This document shows positions 15,703-26,372 of a stretch of DNA of 52,427 nt, one piece after another (positions within the stretch are counted from its first letter, which is position 1; each line of letters starts with the position of its first letter). The position numbers and the translations under genes are program-made. A model generated the notes under the pieces. That model searched no databases and had not been told where the DNA came from. It saw only the letters and a list, made by a program, of their open reading frames with translations. The DNA is taken from positions 1 through 52,427 of IMG/VR virus record IMGVR_UViG_3300038678_000203; one strand, written 5' to 3'. Source of the DNA: a virus. Taxonomy: Duplodnaviria; Caudoviricetes.

Positions 15703-17280
15703 TTAACTTATTGATACGGCAAAGCCGATGTTAACAGTAATTAATCTTGCTACTCCTACAGGAACTATCTGAATAGTCAATGTAATAGTCGAAGTCGTTA
15801 CAACATCTTGATCGGGATCAATCAGCACTGAATTGGCTGGTAGTTCACCGTCAGGATTAGTATTGATTTCAGCATTAGTAGCCATATTTTCAAGCGCTTT
15901 GAAAGCATCGTTCTTGAAATCTTCAATAGTTCCAGTTGATAATTTACCAGTTGAAGCGTCTACATAAAGAGGGCTGTTTATTTTGTTGATAAGATTTTCT
16001 CTTACCAAGCGCACAGCCTTATCAATAGTTCGATTATTCGCAAGATAAGCGAAATCACTAGTTACTAAAGTAGCGGTCGGATCGTCACTGTAAAACGAAC
16101 CAGTTACGCCTGTTTCTTTAGTCAGGTAAATATATCCCTGATTAGTTAAAGTCGTAAGTGTAACCGCGCTCTGAACGTCCCATGCTTCACCAGTTGCAAA
16201 TTGCAGAGTATCATACTCATTAAATGGAGTTGTCTGAACTACAACTGAAGCAGATCGAGAATGTATCTGATCAAATTTATTTCTCCAACCGATATTCTCA
16301 TGAACTGATGCATTGGCAGCCGATCCAAGAGCGGCACCTAAGCAAGTCATAGAAAATCCATTCACACCAACCATACGTCCACCTTCGCCTCCTTTATCCT
16401 CACCTATCACTACGCTTACATTTTTAGAGTCTAATGCCCTCATGTCTGCAAGTGCAGCTAATGTAGTAGCTGAAAAATCAGCTCCTAGTAATACTGATAA
16501 AGGATTATCATCAGTTTCAACAGCAGTTGCTCCGGTTTGAGAAGCAGTTACCTGACTAGATGCGAAAGTATCCGGCAAGAAAACTCCCATCTGGCGAATA
16601 TCACCACTGGCAAAATCCTGAACTAATCCGATCTGAGTTCCATCATAAGAGGCGTAAATACCTATATATAGAATTCCTTGTGCAAGCCCCGATATATTCT
16701 CAGCTTCAGCGAAAAACTCTGATACATGATAATGATTAATAGCAACTTCTGATCCTACACCAGATGTAAACTGTGTTTCGGTATCTGTTCCCGCACCTGA
16801 TGAGGCAGAAACTAATCCGGCAGCATTGAGAGAAACTCCATATTTTGCCGGTGCAATTATTAAAGCACTAGAAGGAACTGCATTAGTAGATGTAAATCCA
16901 TGATTTACAGTCTCAAGGTTAATAGCGTTGAATATTCCCGTTGCTATTGTTACTGTAGTATCTGCGGTTACTTCCGTGTAAGTACATAAAGTTATAGCAC
17001 TACCTCCCGCTGGAGTTATAGTAACTGTCCAAACATCACCAGCAGCTCCGGCAGCAGATATTAAAATATTCCCTCCTGTTGCTACTGTTTCATCTGAATG
17101 AGTTTCGACAATACCTAAAGCCTCAGCTTCAGCAAGTGTTGTAACTTTCTTTATCCTATCAGAAGAACCGAATCCTGAAGGAAGAGCAGTTTGGCTAAAT
17201 ATCAATCCTGATATATAATCCTCACCAGGCTGCTGCCTTCCAAGTCCTCCGCCTCCTCTAACAAATGTTATTTTTCCCAT
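15703..17280 (-). CDS. Tail sheath protein (DUF2586-like)
   Basis: GGLGR......ISGL, NRTIDKAVR and IVPVGVAR.I.VNIGF motifs. Confidence 0.85.
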   Translation of the reverse strand: MGKITFVRGGGGLGRQQPGEDYISGLIFSQTALPSGFGSSDRIKKVTTLAEAEALGIVETHSDETVATGGNILISAAGAAGDVWTVTITPAGGSAITLCTYTEVTADTTVTIATGIFNAINLETVNHGFTSTNAVPSSALIIAPAKYGVSLNAAGLVSASSGAGTDTETQFTSGVGSEVAINHYHVSEFFAEAENISGLAQGILYIGIYASYDGTQIGLVQDFASGDIRQMGVFLPDTFASSQVTASQTGATAVETDDNPLSVLLGADFSATTLAALADMRALDSKNVSVVIGEDKGGEGGRMVGVNGFSMTCLGAALGSAANASVHENIGWRNKFDQIHSRSASVVVQTTPFNEYDTLQFATGEAWDVQSAVTLTTLTNQGYIYLTKETGVTGSFYSDDPTATLVTSDFAYLANNRTIDKAVRLVRENLINKINSPLYVDASTGKLSTGTIEDFKNDAFKALENMATNAEINTNPDGELPANSVLIDPDQDVVTTSTITLTIQIVPVGVARLITVNIGFAVSIS

Positions 17281-17283
17281 CGG

Positions 17284-17535
17284 TTAACCTCCTTTTTTTG
17301 GTGTAACCTTCTTTGCTTCTACTTTTGTTTCCGTTGGTTTTTTTGGCTCTACTCTTTTCTGTTTCGCAAAATCTTCTCTTATGAATGGGTAATATTGCTT
17401 ATCCATTCCGCAATATCGCTGAGCTTCATTTTCTTCATTAAAGAAATGTCTATCCTCAGTTCCATAAATTATTTGGCGACTAGAATTAGAAACAAAATAT
17501 CCTTTAGCTAATACCTTTAATTCATCTCTTGTCAT
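17284..17535 (-). CDS. Small protein between capsid and sheath genes
   Basis: Y.T.D..FF.....A..Y motif with a K/E-rich tail. Confidence 0.65.
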   Translation of the reverse strand: MTRDELKVLAKGYFVSNSSRQIIYGTEDRHFFNEENEAQRYCGMDKQYYPFIREDFAKQKRVEPKKPTETKVEAKKVTPKKGG

Positions 17536-17552
17536 GATAATAATTTTAATGA

Positions 17553-18497
17553 TTAAGCATTGTCCTCAACAAGTGTGAAGATACCTTTTTGATCAGTTCT
17601 GTCAAATGTAGCACCAAATCGAACTACTGAAGAAAGAAGTGTTCCACCTAAATATTCAGGCTTACCTCGCTCAATGAAAGTAGCTGCATGACCTTCAGCA
17701 TGACGAACCATAGATGCATGCCAAAAAATAGCGGCAGCATTATCAGTTGCGGAAATTACTTCATCAACAGTACGCTTAATAGGTAAGCTAGCTTCAGAAT
17801 ACATAACACCAGTTGAACCAATATCGTTATTTCTCATCAGCAGATTAAAACCTGCAATAAAAGCAATCTCGCCGTTGATAAGTTTAGAAAGTTCACCGGT
17901 TTTGTCAGCATCGACAAATTTATCAAGCTTCATTAAGTCGTCAACCATCTCAGGAGTGAGCAATCCGAAAATAGAATTACGTCCTAAGTTAGGAAGATTC
18001 ATTTTGTTGAATTGCTTTCTTATATTCAGCATGTCATTAACTGCGATACCCTTTCTGTTTCCAGTGGTGTCAGTTACGACAGAGGCACGAGTTGAGCCAG
18101 TTGTCTGAGCAATATTACCCGTTAAAGTAGCTCCCCAGTTGGTTGCTGCAATATTACCGGCGCGTGTATTGATCGACTGAGCAAGCGAACTTGCAACATC
18201 TGTCATCTTATTATAATTCAATACAATAGATTCCTCTCTGCGAATCAATTGAGGTTGTGTATAAAGCTGCTCAACAGGATAAGACTTAAGGCTATCTTCT
18301 CTTGCGGTAATCTGCAAAGGAAGTACAGTTGGGTCACCAGATGAAGCGGCTCCTATGTCTCCTGCAATTGGAATTTCCACGTTCTCAACATCAATCGCGA
18401 TGCCTCCTTCAGTGCGAGACTTCTTGTAAAATGAATTATCAGGGAAAAGCTCCTTTTGAAACTCCTTTGAAAATTTTATTGGACTAATTTGTGCCAT
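17553..18497 (-). CDS. Major capsid protein
   Basis: 314 aa; LFPDNSF, V.IP.AG and G.I..IAGF motifs; follows the protease. Confidence 0.8.
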   Translation of the reverse strand: MAQISPIKFSKEFQKELFPDNSFYKKSRTEGGIAIDVENVEIPIAGDIGAASSGDPTVLPLQITAREDSLKSYPVEQLYTQPQLIRREESIVLNYNKMTDVASSLAQSINTRAGNIAATNWGATLTGNIAQTTGSTRASVVTDTTGNRKGIAVNDMLNIRKQFNKMNLPNLGRNSIFGLLTPEMVDDLMKLDKFVDADKTGELSKLINGEIAFIAGFNLLMRNNDIGSTGVMYSEASLPIKRTVDEVISATDNAAAIFWHASMVRHAEGHAATFIERGKPEYLGGTLLSSVVRFGATFDRTDQKGIFTLVEDNA

Positions 18498-18524
18498 TTT
18501 ATTGTCGTTTTTAAATTCCTAATT

Positions 18525-19106
18525 TTAAGAGGCCATCTTCCATATAATATGGACAGTTCCAGTTGCTGTTACATCACCTGCGCCAGCCCATCCGTCTGCA
18601 CAGTTAAGATAAAGTGTTTTTGCACTTGCAGCAACGTTTAGGGCGATGCCTGTATGAATACCTGCTGTAGCTCCTAAAAGTACAGTAGTCGTGTTTGCTC
18701 CTGAAATAGCTCCAGAAGTTTGACCGTCTATATAGTCCATTTCAGTAGTTGCTAATACGGCTGTTGCGCCAGCTCCTAATACTGAACCGATTCCAACATC
18801 GGGTGTATCTCCTACTATTGTTGCTGTACCAGTGAAAGCTAAACTAAAATAGACAACGTCTACGATTTGCGCTCCTGCGGGTAGTGTGTACATTAAAGCT
18901 CCGAATGTTAAATCGGCAGCTCCTACGGCTGACCCTACAGCAAAATCTGCCAAGGTTAGTACAGTTTTGTGATTAGCCGCGTCACCTTGTTCTACAACTG
19001 AAAGCCCTGTTGCTGTTGCTACAGTGCCTACATTTATACTGGTTGTTGGAGTTAAGTTACTAGCTGTTGCTCCATATGGTTGTTTAATTCCTCCGTGTAT
19101 TGGCAT
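18525..19106 (-). CDS. Putative head decoration protein (start MPIHGG)
   Basis: A/G/T-rich beta protein between protease and capsid genes. Confidence 0.6.
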   Translation of the reverse strand: MPIHGGIKQPYGATASNLTPTTSINVGTVATATGLSVVEQGDAANHKTVLTLADFAVGSAVGAADLTFGALMYTLPAGAQIVDVVYFSLAFTGTATIVGDTPDVGIGSVLGAGATAVLATTEMDYIDGQTSGAISGANTTTVLLGATAGIHTGIALNVAASAKTLYLNCADGWAGAGDVTATGTVHIIWKMAS

Positions 19107-19117
19107 GATTATAGTTT

Positions 19118-20281
19118 TTAGTCTGCTTTTTCCCAAGCGTTATACATTGCTTCGAATTCCTTTGGGTCCTGCAATTCAATGCGTTTTAATTCATCAGGAT
19201 TGGTCTTGGATAAGTTTTGAAACTTATCAGCAAGCTCTTTCTCCTTCTTATCTCCGGTAACTGACTTCTGATTTATATTTTTGATCAGGTCAATCGCGTT
19301 AGCTTGCGGTATCTGAATCATATCAACCATAGAGTTGAAATTATCAACGCCCATAGATTTACATTGCTCAGTAAGAGATTCCTTGTTTTCCTCAGCGAAT
19401 TTGCCTGAGTCAATAGCTGATTTAACAGCATTTTCAACATCTTTCACTTCAAACTCATCAACTTTCGCTTGTAGTTCAGTGATTTCAGTATCTTTTTCGG
19501 TAACCTGATTCTTAACTTCTGTAAGTTCAGTGTTAAGAGTTTCGACTTTTCCTTCTGCCTCAGTTGCTCGCTTGTCAATATCCTTGATAGCTTTAACCGC
19601 TGAAATTTCCTTAGCATCTTCGCTAAGATTAAGATAACTTAATACTTCTTTCATCTTATTTTCAATTTTTGGATTATTCAAATCGTGGCAAACATTCATA
19701 ATATCTGCCAATGACATATTTTCTTTTATAAGAGGTGTATTCTCTGATTTCTCTACGAAATCTATGAACCCAAATTTCTTAGCCTCCTTGGCTGTCATCC
19801 GAGTATTTTTATTCATTAGTTCTTTAATCTCATCAGATGTTTTGCCACTATTATTAGATAGAATAGTGACAATAGAATCCCTCATTATTGACAAATCTTT
19901 TTTCAATGGCGAATCTTCCATCTCATCCAGAGAAACCCCGTCAACTAAAGGGTTATGAACCATCATAGTTGAGAAGTCGAAAGCTCCTCGATGACCTTTA
20001 TTTCCTGAAGCAAGAATGAATGAACCCGCTGAGTCTGCAACACCTTCATTAAATGTGTGAATTTCAGCGTCCGAAGTTAAATTTGCAGATACAATAGAAA
20101 ATGCATGAACCACAGAGCCACCGATAGTATTTATCCTTTCTTTGATAACTTTGGCTCCCATTTGATTGAGCATATGAATTTCAGCAGCTACTTCTCGTCC
20201 GTCAATCTCCTCACCTACAATGCCATGCAGAAGGATTTCAAATTCACCTTCACTTTTATTTACAAAATACTTCAAATTCAT
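19118..20281 (-). CDS. ClpP-type prohead protease fused to coiled-coil scaffold (start MNLKYF)
   Basis: INTIGGSV, GVADSAGS (catalytic Ser), MMVHNP and A.EAKKFGFID motifs; C-terminal coiled coil. Confidence 0.9.
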   Translation of the reverse strand: MNLKYFVNKSEGEFEILLHGIVGEEIDGREVAAEIHMLNQMGAKVIKERINTIGGSVVHAFSIVSANLTSDAEIHTFNEGVADSAGSFILASGNKGHRGAFDFSTMMVHNPLVDGVSLDEMEDSPLKKDLSIMRDSIVTILSNNSGKTSDEIKELMNKNTRMTAKEAKKFGFIDFVEKSENTPLIKENMSLADIMNVCHDLNNPKIENKMKEVLSYLNLSEDAKEISAVKAIKDIDKRATEAEGKVETLNTELTEVKNQVTEKDTEITELQAKVDEFEVKDVENAVKSAIDSGKFAEENKESLTEQCKSMGVDNFNSMVDMIQIPQANAIDLIKNINQKSVTGDKKEKELADKFQNLSKTNPDELKRIELQDPKEFEAMYNAWEKAD

Positions 20282-20361
20282 AGCATAAAAATAGCTAATA
20301 GAAAGGAGTGGAAAAGGGAAAAGGCGTGGGGATATCCGTCTTGTCAGTAAAAATGAAAACA

Positions 20362-20394
20362 TTTGCATATATTAAAAAGTTTTCATATCTTTGG
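20362..20394 (+). promoter_or_regulatory. Early-type promoter for plus-strand island 1
   Basis: TTTGCATATATTAAAAAGTTTTCATATCTTTGG. Confidence 0.75.
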
Positions 20395-20408
20395 AAAAAC
20401 TTTGAGAT

Positions 20409-20633
20409 ATGAAATACCCAAATAAAATACTAAAAAAAGAACAGGTAGTTTTAAAATCACTAATAGAAAATTTCTTACCTGAAGGTTACGAGCATAGGAA
20501 AAGGGTGATAAACCTTAAGTTGAGTATATTGGAGGAGAAAACTTGTGAAAATTGTAAATACGTTGTATTGAGTATTATTAAAGAACCTTGCCTTTCCTGC
20601 TGGAATAATAATCAATACAAACTCAAAAATTAA
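20409..20633 (+). CDS. Hypothetical protein with Cys motif
   Basis: CENCKY...PCLSC. Confidence 0.65.
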   Translation: MKYPNKILKKEQVVLKSLIENFLPEGYEHRKRVINLKLSILEEKTCENCKYVVLSIIKEPCLSCWNNNQYKLKN

Positions 20634-20644
20634 TATGTTTTGTT

Positions 20645-20821
20645 ATGGTAAAATTTGAATACTTAAGAATTACAACTACTCCTTTAAAAAAGGAAATGGA
20701 AGAATCATGGCTAGACGCTAAAGGAGAAAAAGGGTGGGAATTAGTTTCTGTTGTTCCAATACAAGTTCATATATTTTCATACTGGAAAAATGAATATTAT
20801 TTTAAAAGAAAGTGCAACTAA
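20645..20821 (+). CDS. DUF4177-like small protein, 58 aa, not in ORF track
   Basis: FEY...WL...G.KGWELVSV...YYFKR. Confidence 0.7.
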   Translation: MVKFEYLRITTTPLKKEMEESWLDAKGEKGWELVSVVPIQVHIFSYWKNEYYFKRKCN

Positions 20822-20860
20822 CCCACATTAAATTAATTATTAATCTAAAACTTAGAAAAT

Positions 20861-21058
20861 ATGAACTACGACGAAGCATACCAAGAAATGAAGATTGGCA
20901 AAAAAATAAAGCAAGGAAAATATCTTTATTTTTTAGGCAAAAGCGATAGAAGCGAGCCATATACATTGATTATGAGAATAAATAAACCCCCATTAGTTCG
21001 CAAAGGATTTAAAAAAATTAAAAAACGGGCGATTTTATCATTAACGCTCACCCCCTAA
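20861..21058 (+). CDS. Hypothetical basic protein
   Basis: MNYDEAY..MK.GKKI start; leader AAAACTTAGAAAAT. Confidence 0.55.
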   Translation: MNYDEAYQEMKIGKKIKQGKYLYFLGKSDRSEPYTLIMRINKPPLVRKGFKKIKKRAILSLTLTP

Positions 21059-21191
21059 AATCCCTCCAGATAGTACGCTCCGACAAGTAAAGCTCTTCTG
21101 CCAACTGCCGAACAGCCTCAGTAGATTTAGAAGATGAATTAACTACATCCTTAACATATTCTCTTCTTTTATCAATTTTATTTTTGTTCAT
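21048..21191 (-). CDS. Small HTH DNA-binding protein, 47 aa, not in ORF track
   Basis: AVRQLAEELYLSERTIWRDF; ATGA-coupled to the upstream gene. Confidence 0.75.
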   Translation of the reverse strand: MNKNKIDKRREYVKDVVNSSSKSTEAVRQLAEELYLSERTIWRDFRG

Positions 21192-23452
21192 GGTGTTAAA
21201 TAAAAACCTACTGACAAATCATTTGATATTGGTTGCTTAGTAATAGATTCAAGAATCGGGATTACATTTCCAACCACAGCGTTTAAATCCACTTCAATAA
21301 CACCTGGTAATAGATCAATATTAGCTGCGGTTCCTGACTGATAAACCAATCCAACTCCTTTATTCGGTTGTAGTGTCAATGATCCGGAATAACTAACACT
21401 GTCAGCATCAAAAAAAACTAAATCATACAAATTAACAGTCTGTGGGGAATCTGTCCAATTAGCTATACCTATTACACATTGATCCGCTGTGATTGAACCT
21501 GACACACTTGCATAATGATTTACAAACGTAACTGTTGAGTTTTCCTCCCATCCATTACCGGCTCCCAATTCATTTGCCGTTGTATCCGTCCAATCAGAAA
21601 CACTATGAGGATAGTCATTATAATATCTCTCCATATTAATATTTTGATCAGCAGCATCTTGCGGATTAGCAAAGGTATTTGTATCTGAATCTGAACCTCT
21701 ACCATCAAAATAAAATGTCGGTGAAAATTCATCACAACACCATGTTAAATAATTGTAACCAAAAGCATCTGCATCATTATTTAACATAGTATTTTTATAG
21801 AATTCACAATCTATAGTTCCTGTGCCGAAATGGCCGAAACTTCGATCAACAAATCGCATCCCGTGTCCATACATCCGAACAAATAAATTATCCCTAATAG
21901 TATTAGTGTCGGTTCCATTAAGTAAAATTCCCCTATAATCATCAATAATAGTATTTGAATCTACTAATATACCCCTAGCATCAGTATCTAAATAAATCCC
22001 CTGATGATGAGTCGTACTTCTACAATGAAAAGCATCGTTTGCATATAAGCCATGAGAAGATATATTATTTCTTATAATTTTTTCTACTGTTGTCCCAGGC
22101 GATCCGGAAATGTAATAAGCAGCAGCATCTTGTACGTAAGTTACGTGTCTTGATACATAATTTCCGTACACATAATAAGGTATATTACCATCTCCCTCAG
22201 ACACCCCTTTAATATGTATTCCGTTTCGTCCGCAAGAATCAATTCTGTTTCCAACTATATTAACTTCGCCCTCTGGAAATCTTGACCATATACCATTAAA
22301 GCTAACATCACCATCACCACCTCCGCCTTCGGAAGTTCCTATATTATGAAAATAACAATCAATTACATTCCAAACATCTCCACGTTGATCAATCACTCCC
22401 ATATTGGTTGTATGAAGAATACTGTCATTTGTCAACCATAATTTACTTCCATCATCAGAAAACACACTTACATGATTAAATTTGAATGTACAACTATCAA
22501 AAACTACACTATCGCAATTATAAAGTATCACTCCTGCTGCATTGCCTCCGTGAATTTCAAGTCCAACGAACCTCAATGTATCGCAATTACTAAACCCGAA
22601 TACACTATCATTTACAGATTGAAAAATATTCTCTCCACTAATATCTGTTGGTGAATGAACATAAATATTACCTTCTCTTGCATTGTCGCTAGTGTTTGAT
22701 GCCCACTCATATTTTTGATTAAGATACAATGAGTGGTTATACAAAAACATTTTATAAGTATAAGAAGGATCATTTATTAGACTGTCTGAACCGTCTCCTG
22801 CTGATATTAGATTTGCAATATCAAACTTTGCGTCTGCGCTTGTCCAATCTTGAACTTCAAAAGATTCTGCCCACCAAGGCTCTATTTCCACTTTTCCTGA
22901 TGCTCCGTTGTGATAGTTATTAGGGTGACTTCCTATTAAACTAGAACATTTGAATTTCGTTTTATCACCTATGTCAGTTATTGTAGTGTACACTCCATCT
23001 GCTTGATATCTTCCCATTTCATGGTGATTGCGATTCTGATCCAATAGGAAGCAATAGTTATTTTCAAACCGCTTCCAGCCTCCCCTAGCCTGGTACGGTA
23101 AAAATCTATAATAAGATACATTTAACATAGTATGAGAGAACGTATAAATAGTATCGGCAGTAGACACGTAATTTAAAGTGTCATAAATAGTAATAATTGG
23201 CTTTAATCCTGTTCCATATGCAGCAAAAGTCATATGATGATTATTAACCCAACCAATAGCAACAGAATCAAAAATACCACCTCTCTCAAAATACATTGTA
23301 TCCCTGCCCATCGTTATAGCTTCAGGTCTTGCTTTTGCAGTTCCTGGGGTCAACCCATTAGCACTATTATCGCCGGAGTTACTAACATAATGCTTAGTAG
23401 CCCCTAAGTCGAAACAAATCAATAATAATATGAGTACTTTAATTACTCTCAT
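21188..23452 (-). CDS. Secreted right-handed beta-helix protein (putative polysaccharide depolymerase)
   Basis: Signal peptide; YVSNSGDNSANGLTP, F.RGG.F, AYGTG.KP and GIYLD......V..NTI motifs. Confidence 0.8.
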   Translation of the reverse strand: MRVIKVLILLLICFDLGATKHYVSNSGDNSANGLTPGTAKARPEAITMGRDTMYFERGGIFDSVAIGWVNNHHMTFAAYGTGLKPIITIYDTLNYVSTADTIYTFSHTMLNVSYYRFLPYQARGGWKRFENNYCFLLDQNRNHHEMGRYQADGVYTTITDIGDKTKFKCSSLIGSHPNNYHNGASGKVEIEPWWAESFEVQDWTSADAKFDIANLISAGDGSDSLINDPSYTYKMFLYNHSLYLNQKYEWASNTSDNAREGNIYVHSPTDISGENIFQSVNDSVFGFSNCDTLRFVGLEIHGGNAAGVILYNCDSVVFDSCTFKFNHVSVFSDDGSKLWLTNDSILHTTNMGVIDQRGDVWNVIDCYFHNIGTSEGGGGDGDVSFNGIWSRFPEGEVNIVGNRIDSCGRNGIHIKGVSEGDGNIPYYVYGNYVSRHVTYVQDAAAYYISGSPGTTVEKIIRNNISSHGLYANDAFHCRSTTHHQGIYLDTDARGILVDSNTIIDDYRGILLNGTDTNTIRDNLFVRMYGHGMRFVDRSFGHFGTGTIDCEFYKNTMLNNDADAFGYNYLTWCCDEFSPTFYFDGRGSDSDTNTFANPQDAADQNINMERYYNDYPHSVSDWTDTTANELGAGNGWEENSTVTFVNHYASVSGSITADQCVIGIANWTDSPQTVNLYDLVFFDADSVSYSGSLTLQPNKGVGLVYQSGTAANIDLLPGVIEVDLNAVVGNVIPILESITKQPISNDLSVGFYLTP

Positions 23453-26372
23453 AATTCATCAACCTTTCAATGTTTTTTATCCTATCCTCCAAATTATTCA
23501 CTTTTTCTTCAAGTTTTTTATTTTTAATTTCAAGCTGCTCAATATATCTAAAGGAATGCTCTATACCCCATTGGAGCTTATGAATAACCTTGCTTGGCCC
23601 ACCTCTCATATTATAATCATCAACCAATTTCTTGCCGTCCCAATACCTCCAATACAATTCTTCTAAGCCTGTTCTTGGATCAACTTTTGTATTACTTAAA
23701 TAACTTTCTATCGGTTCAAGATAATCGAATAAACCCCGGCCAGCAGATACAAGGCTGTCACCAAATAAAGCCCCGGTAGGAGAAAGAGCAGCCCATTGGA
23801 TATCCCCTTCGGCATCGATTGCATAGTTTAGGTATACAGAATCACTTGCAAATACTCGCCCTGTTGAATCTATCACAAATTGATCAACTGCATTGCGAGT
23901 TGCAACAAACAAATTACCAGTGGAAGTACTAGCATTTCCTACAGTTATGCCACCTGCGCCTGTAGTAAAGAAAGCATTAAGACAATTTCCCGTTCCTGTC
24001 CCTTGTAAATCAATTCCATTCCCATTTGAACTGTGATTAACTACAATGCCACCTCTATTATTTTGAGCATCGATCACCAATGATCTACCGTTAGTGACAG
24101 TACTTATAATATATAAAGCTGTATCTGCTAACTCATTAGTTAATCTTAATGTATTAAAAGCATATTTCATTCTTGCATTGCCCGCAAATGCCCCAGAATT
24201 ATTATATTGAATTTCTGTATCACTTCCAGCAGGAGTTCCACCACCACCATTCAATAACTCCCAACTTGTCCCATTATGCCAGTATATTGAATCCCGATCA
24301 GAAGGAACGGCCAAATATCCTTTAACAGCATCGCCAGTAAATGCAGAAAATGAAGCTACCGGCTCTATATACTGATATCCTCCAATTCTCTGAACCAATA
24401 CACTTTGATCGGTTACCTTACTTAATATAACAGGAGAACTCGTGCTATTTATAAAAAACTTCATGCCAGTAACTCCGTCATCTGTTATGTAATCACCAGT
24501 GCTGAAAATAGCTTGATTAGTTGCGCCTACATTTAAATTACCTCCTAATGAAGTAGTAGTCCCCGCAGTTGTTATAGCAGCATTAAGAAGTAAAGTTGTA
24601 TTTACATCCGGCATCGTGATAGTCCGAGTATTTCCTGTAGTAATCCCAGATGCATCAAACCCTATTTTTTTTGTGTTATCAGTAACATTACTTATAAAAA
24701 ATGAATTATCAAAAGCTTCTCCACCAGTAATTGCACCTCCGCCAGCAGCACTAGCAGGAAACAAACCTCTTAAATCTTCTACTGACGTCACTGTAAATGT
24801 ACCACTAGAAGTAGTTTGATATCTTATATTAATCTTAGCTATTAAAAAACCTGTTCCTTTGTATTCTGTAGGAATAGTAAATACTGCATAATTACTTAAA
24901 TCTTCTTCTGTAATTTCAGAACCATAAAAACCACTTGGCTTATTAATAAATAATTGACAATCAGCAGAATCTTCACTTACTGAACCCCAAGCTATCAATG
25001 AATAATAAGTGTTATTACTCCTTAATGATGCTCCTGTATTGTCAGTATCGATTGATCCTAAATTAGTTATAATCTCATAAGCCACAGCCTCATCATTAAT
25101 CACATAAGCACTATCAGTACTTTGTAAATCTATTACAGGATATGAATGGGTATGAAGTTGAAGTATTTGCCCTGATGTATGGGAATACTTAATTGTATCA
25201 AGACCCCCTCCATTTGTCCCTACAGAAATAGTAGGTAAAACACCACTCAACCAAGTAGCATTTTGATTCCTAATCCATTCATTTACATGGCTTAAATGAC
25301 CTTGCATATTCGCATCATTCAAGTGATCAGTCCATGCATGCACCTTGTATACTCCATTTACTTGGGCTGAAACAGCACTTTGGACAAATACATCAGCAAC
25401 TGGTACATATTGTTCTGACGTAGGAAAGCTACTTGTTGATACTGTTAAAACCCTAGTGGAATTAGGAATATAAACATAGTTTCGAGTAGGGGAAATATCA
25501 CTGCCAGCTGTAAGATTTATACTATCAGGAATCGAAAACCGGACCGGTAAATTGTCAAAAAACAGAGTTAAAGAATTCACTGAATTAAAAAGCTTCAGCT
25601 GTACATTAGTTCCGTTGCTTGACACTTCTATAATATGACTTTCAATAATTGCCCCGTTAAAAATACTTAGTACATCCCTGGTATTTGTAAGCACATCAAC
25701 TTTTGCATTAATTACACCTAAAGTTGCATGAGTTCTACCACAATGACCTAATTGAACAACCCAAGCAGGAGTAGGAGGCGGAACACTGACATGCTGACCA
25801 TCTATTGTATCCAAATATATAAGGCCTACAGGGCAACCAGTTGTATTTATATTATTAATATCACCCCATAAGGCGACTTCACCAGTATCACTCGCTGTAA
25901 TATCTTCAGTTGCAAACCCTATAGTGCCACGCGCTGTACTATCCCATGCTGCATTCGCAAAATATATATGCCATACCCCATCAGTACTATCAATCCTAAC
26001 AACTTCACCGTCATCAATAGTACCTCCCGTCATATTTATGCCTCGCAACCTTCCCTCACGCCCAACATCAAGGGCAGTACCACTTCTATTATTATACTGA
26101 ACTCGATTCTTTTTTATAGCATCGTAATAGTCCCGCCCTTCCTTCCAAGGGATAGCCGTCTGATCTGTATTGTAATCTATTACTTTTACAGCTACGGTAT
26201 CAGTAAGGATTGTTTTCCCTTCTGCTTTCAAGGTGTTAGGAGTAAATGTATATTCCGGAATATGGTCTACATGAATATTAAAAGAGTCTGTAGAGTTGAC
26301 GTATTCTGTATTAGTCTGACTGCATGCAGCAACCGAAATTAGTAGTAATAAAGGAATAATTATTTTTTTCAT
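23439..26372 (-). CDS. Signal-peptide-bearing fibre protein with S74-like C-terminal chaperone coiled coil
   Basis: 977 aa; GFATEDI...TG.V...G domain, PAGSDTEIQYNNSGAFAG repeat motif and C-terminal coiled coil. Confidence 0.7.
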   Translation of the reverse strand: MKKIIIPLLLLISVAACSQTNTEYVNSTDSFNIHVDHIPEYTFTPNTLKAEGKTILTDTVAVKVIDYNTDQTAIPWKEGRDYYDAIKKNRVQYNNRSGTALDVGREGRLRGINMTGGTIDDGEVVRIDSTDGVWHIYFANAAWDSTARGTIGFATEDITASDTGEVALWGDINNINTTGCPVGLIYLDTIDGQHVSVPPPTPAWVVQLGHCGRTHATLGVINAKVDVLTNTRDVLSIFNGAIIESHIIEVSSNGTNVQLKLFNSVNSLTLFFDNLPVRFSIPDSINLTAGSDISPTRNYVYIPNSTRVLTVSTSSFPTSEQYVPVADVFVQSAVSAQVNGVYKVHAWTDHLNDANMQGHLSHVNEWIRNQNATWLSGVLPTISVGTNGGGLDTIKYSHTSGQILQLHTHSYPVIDLQSTDSAYVINDEAVAYEIITNLGSIDTDNTGASLRSNNTYYSLIAWGSVSEDSADCQLFINKPSGFYGSEITEEDLSNYAVFTIPTEYKGTGFLIAKINIRYQTTSSGTFTVTSVEDLRGLFPASAAGGGAITGGEAFDNSFFISNVTDNTKKIGFDASGITTGNTRTITMPDVNTTLLLNAAITTAGTTTSLGGNLNVGATNQAIFSTGDYITDDGVTGMKFFINSTSSPVILSKVTDQSVLVQRIGGYQYIEPVASFSAFTGDAVKGYLAVPSDRDSIYWHNGTSWELLNGGGGTPAGSDTEIQYNNSGAFAGNARMKYAFNTLRLTNELADTALYIISTVTNGRSLVIDAQNNRGGIVVNHSSNGNGIDLQGTGTGNCLNAFFTTGAGGITVGNASTSTGNLFVATRNAVDQFVIDSTGRVFASDSVYLNYAIDAEGDIQWAALSPTGALFGDSLVSAGRGLFDYLEPIESYLSNTKVDPRTGLEELYWRYWDGKKLVDDYNMRGGPSKVIHKLQWGIEHSFRYIEQLEIKNKKLEEKVNNLEDRIKNIERLMNYESN

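Noticed and set aside
20282-20368. N-terminal extensions given by the ORF track for the protease (also 36052, 10592, 7587, 6454, 41250)
   Set aside because: They run through promoter or leader DNA, or overlap upstream genes; downstream ATGs fit better
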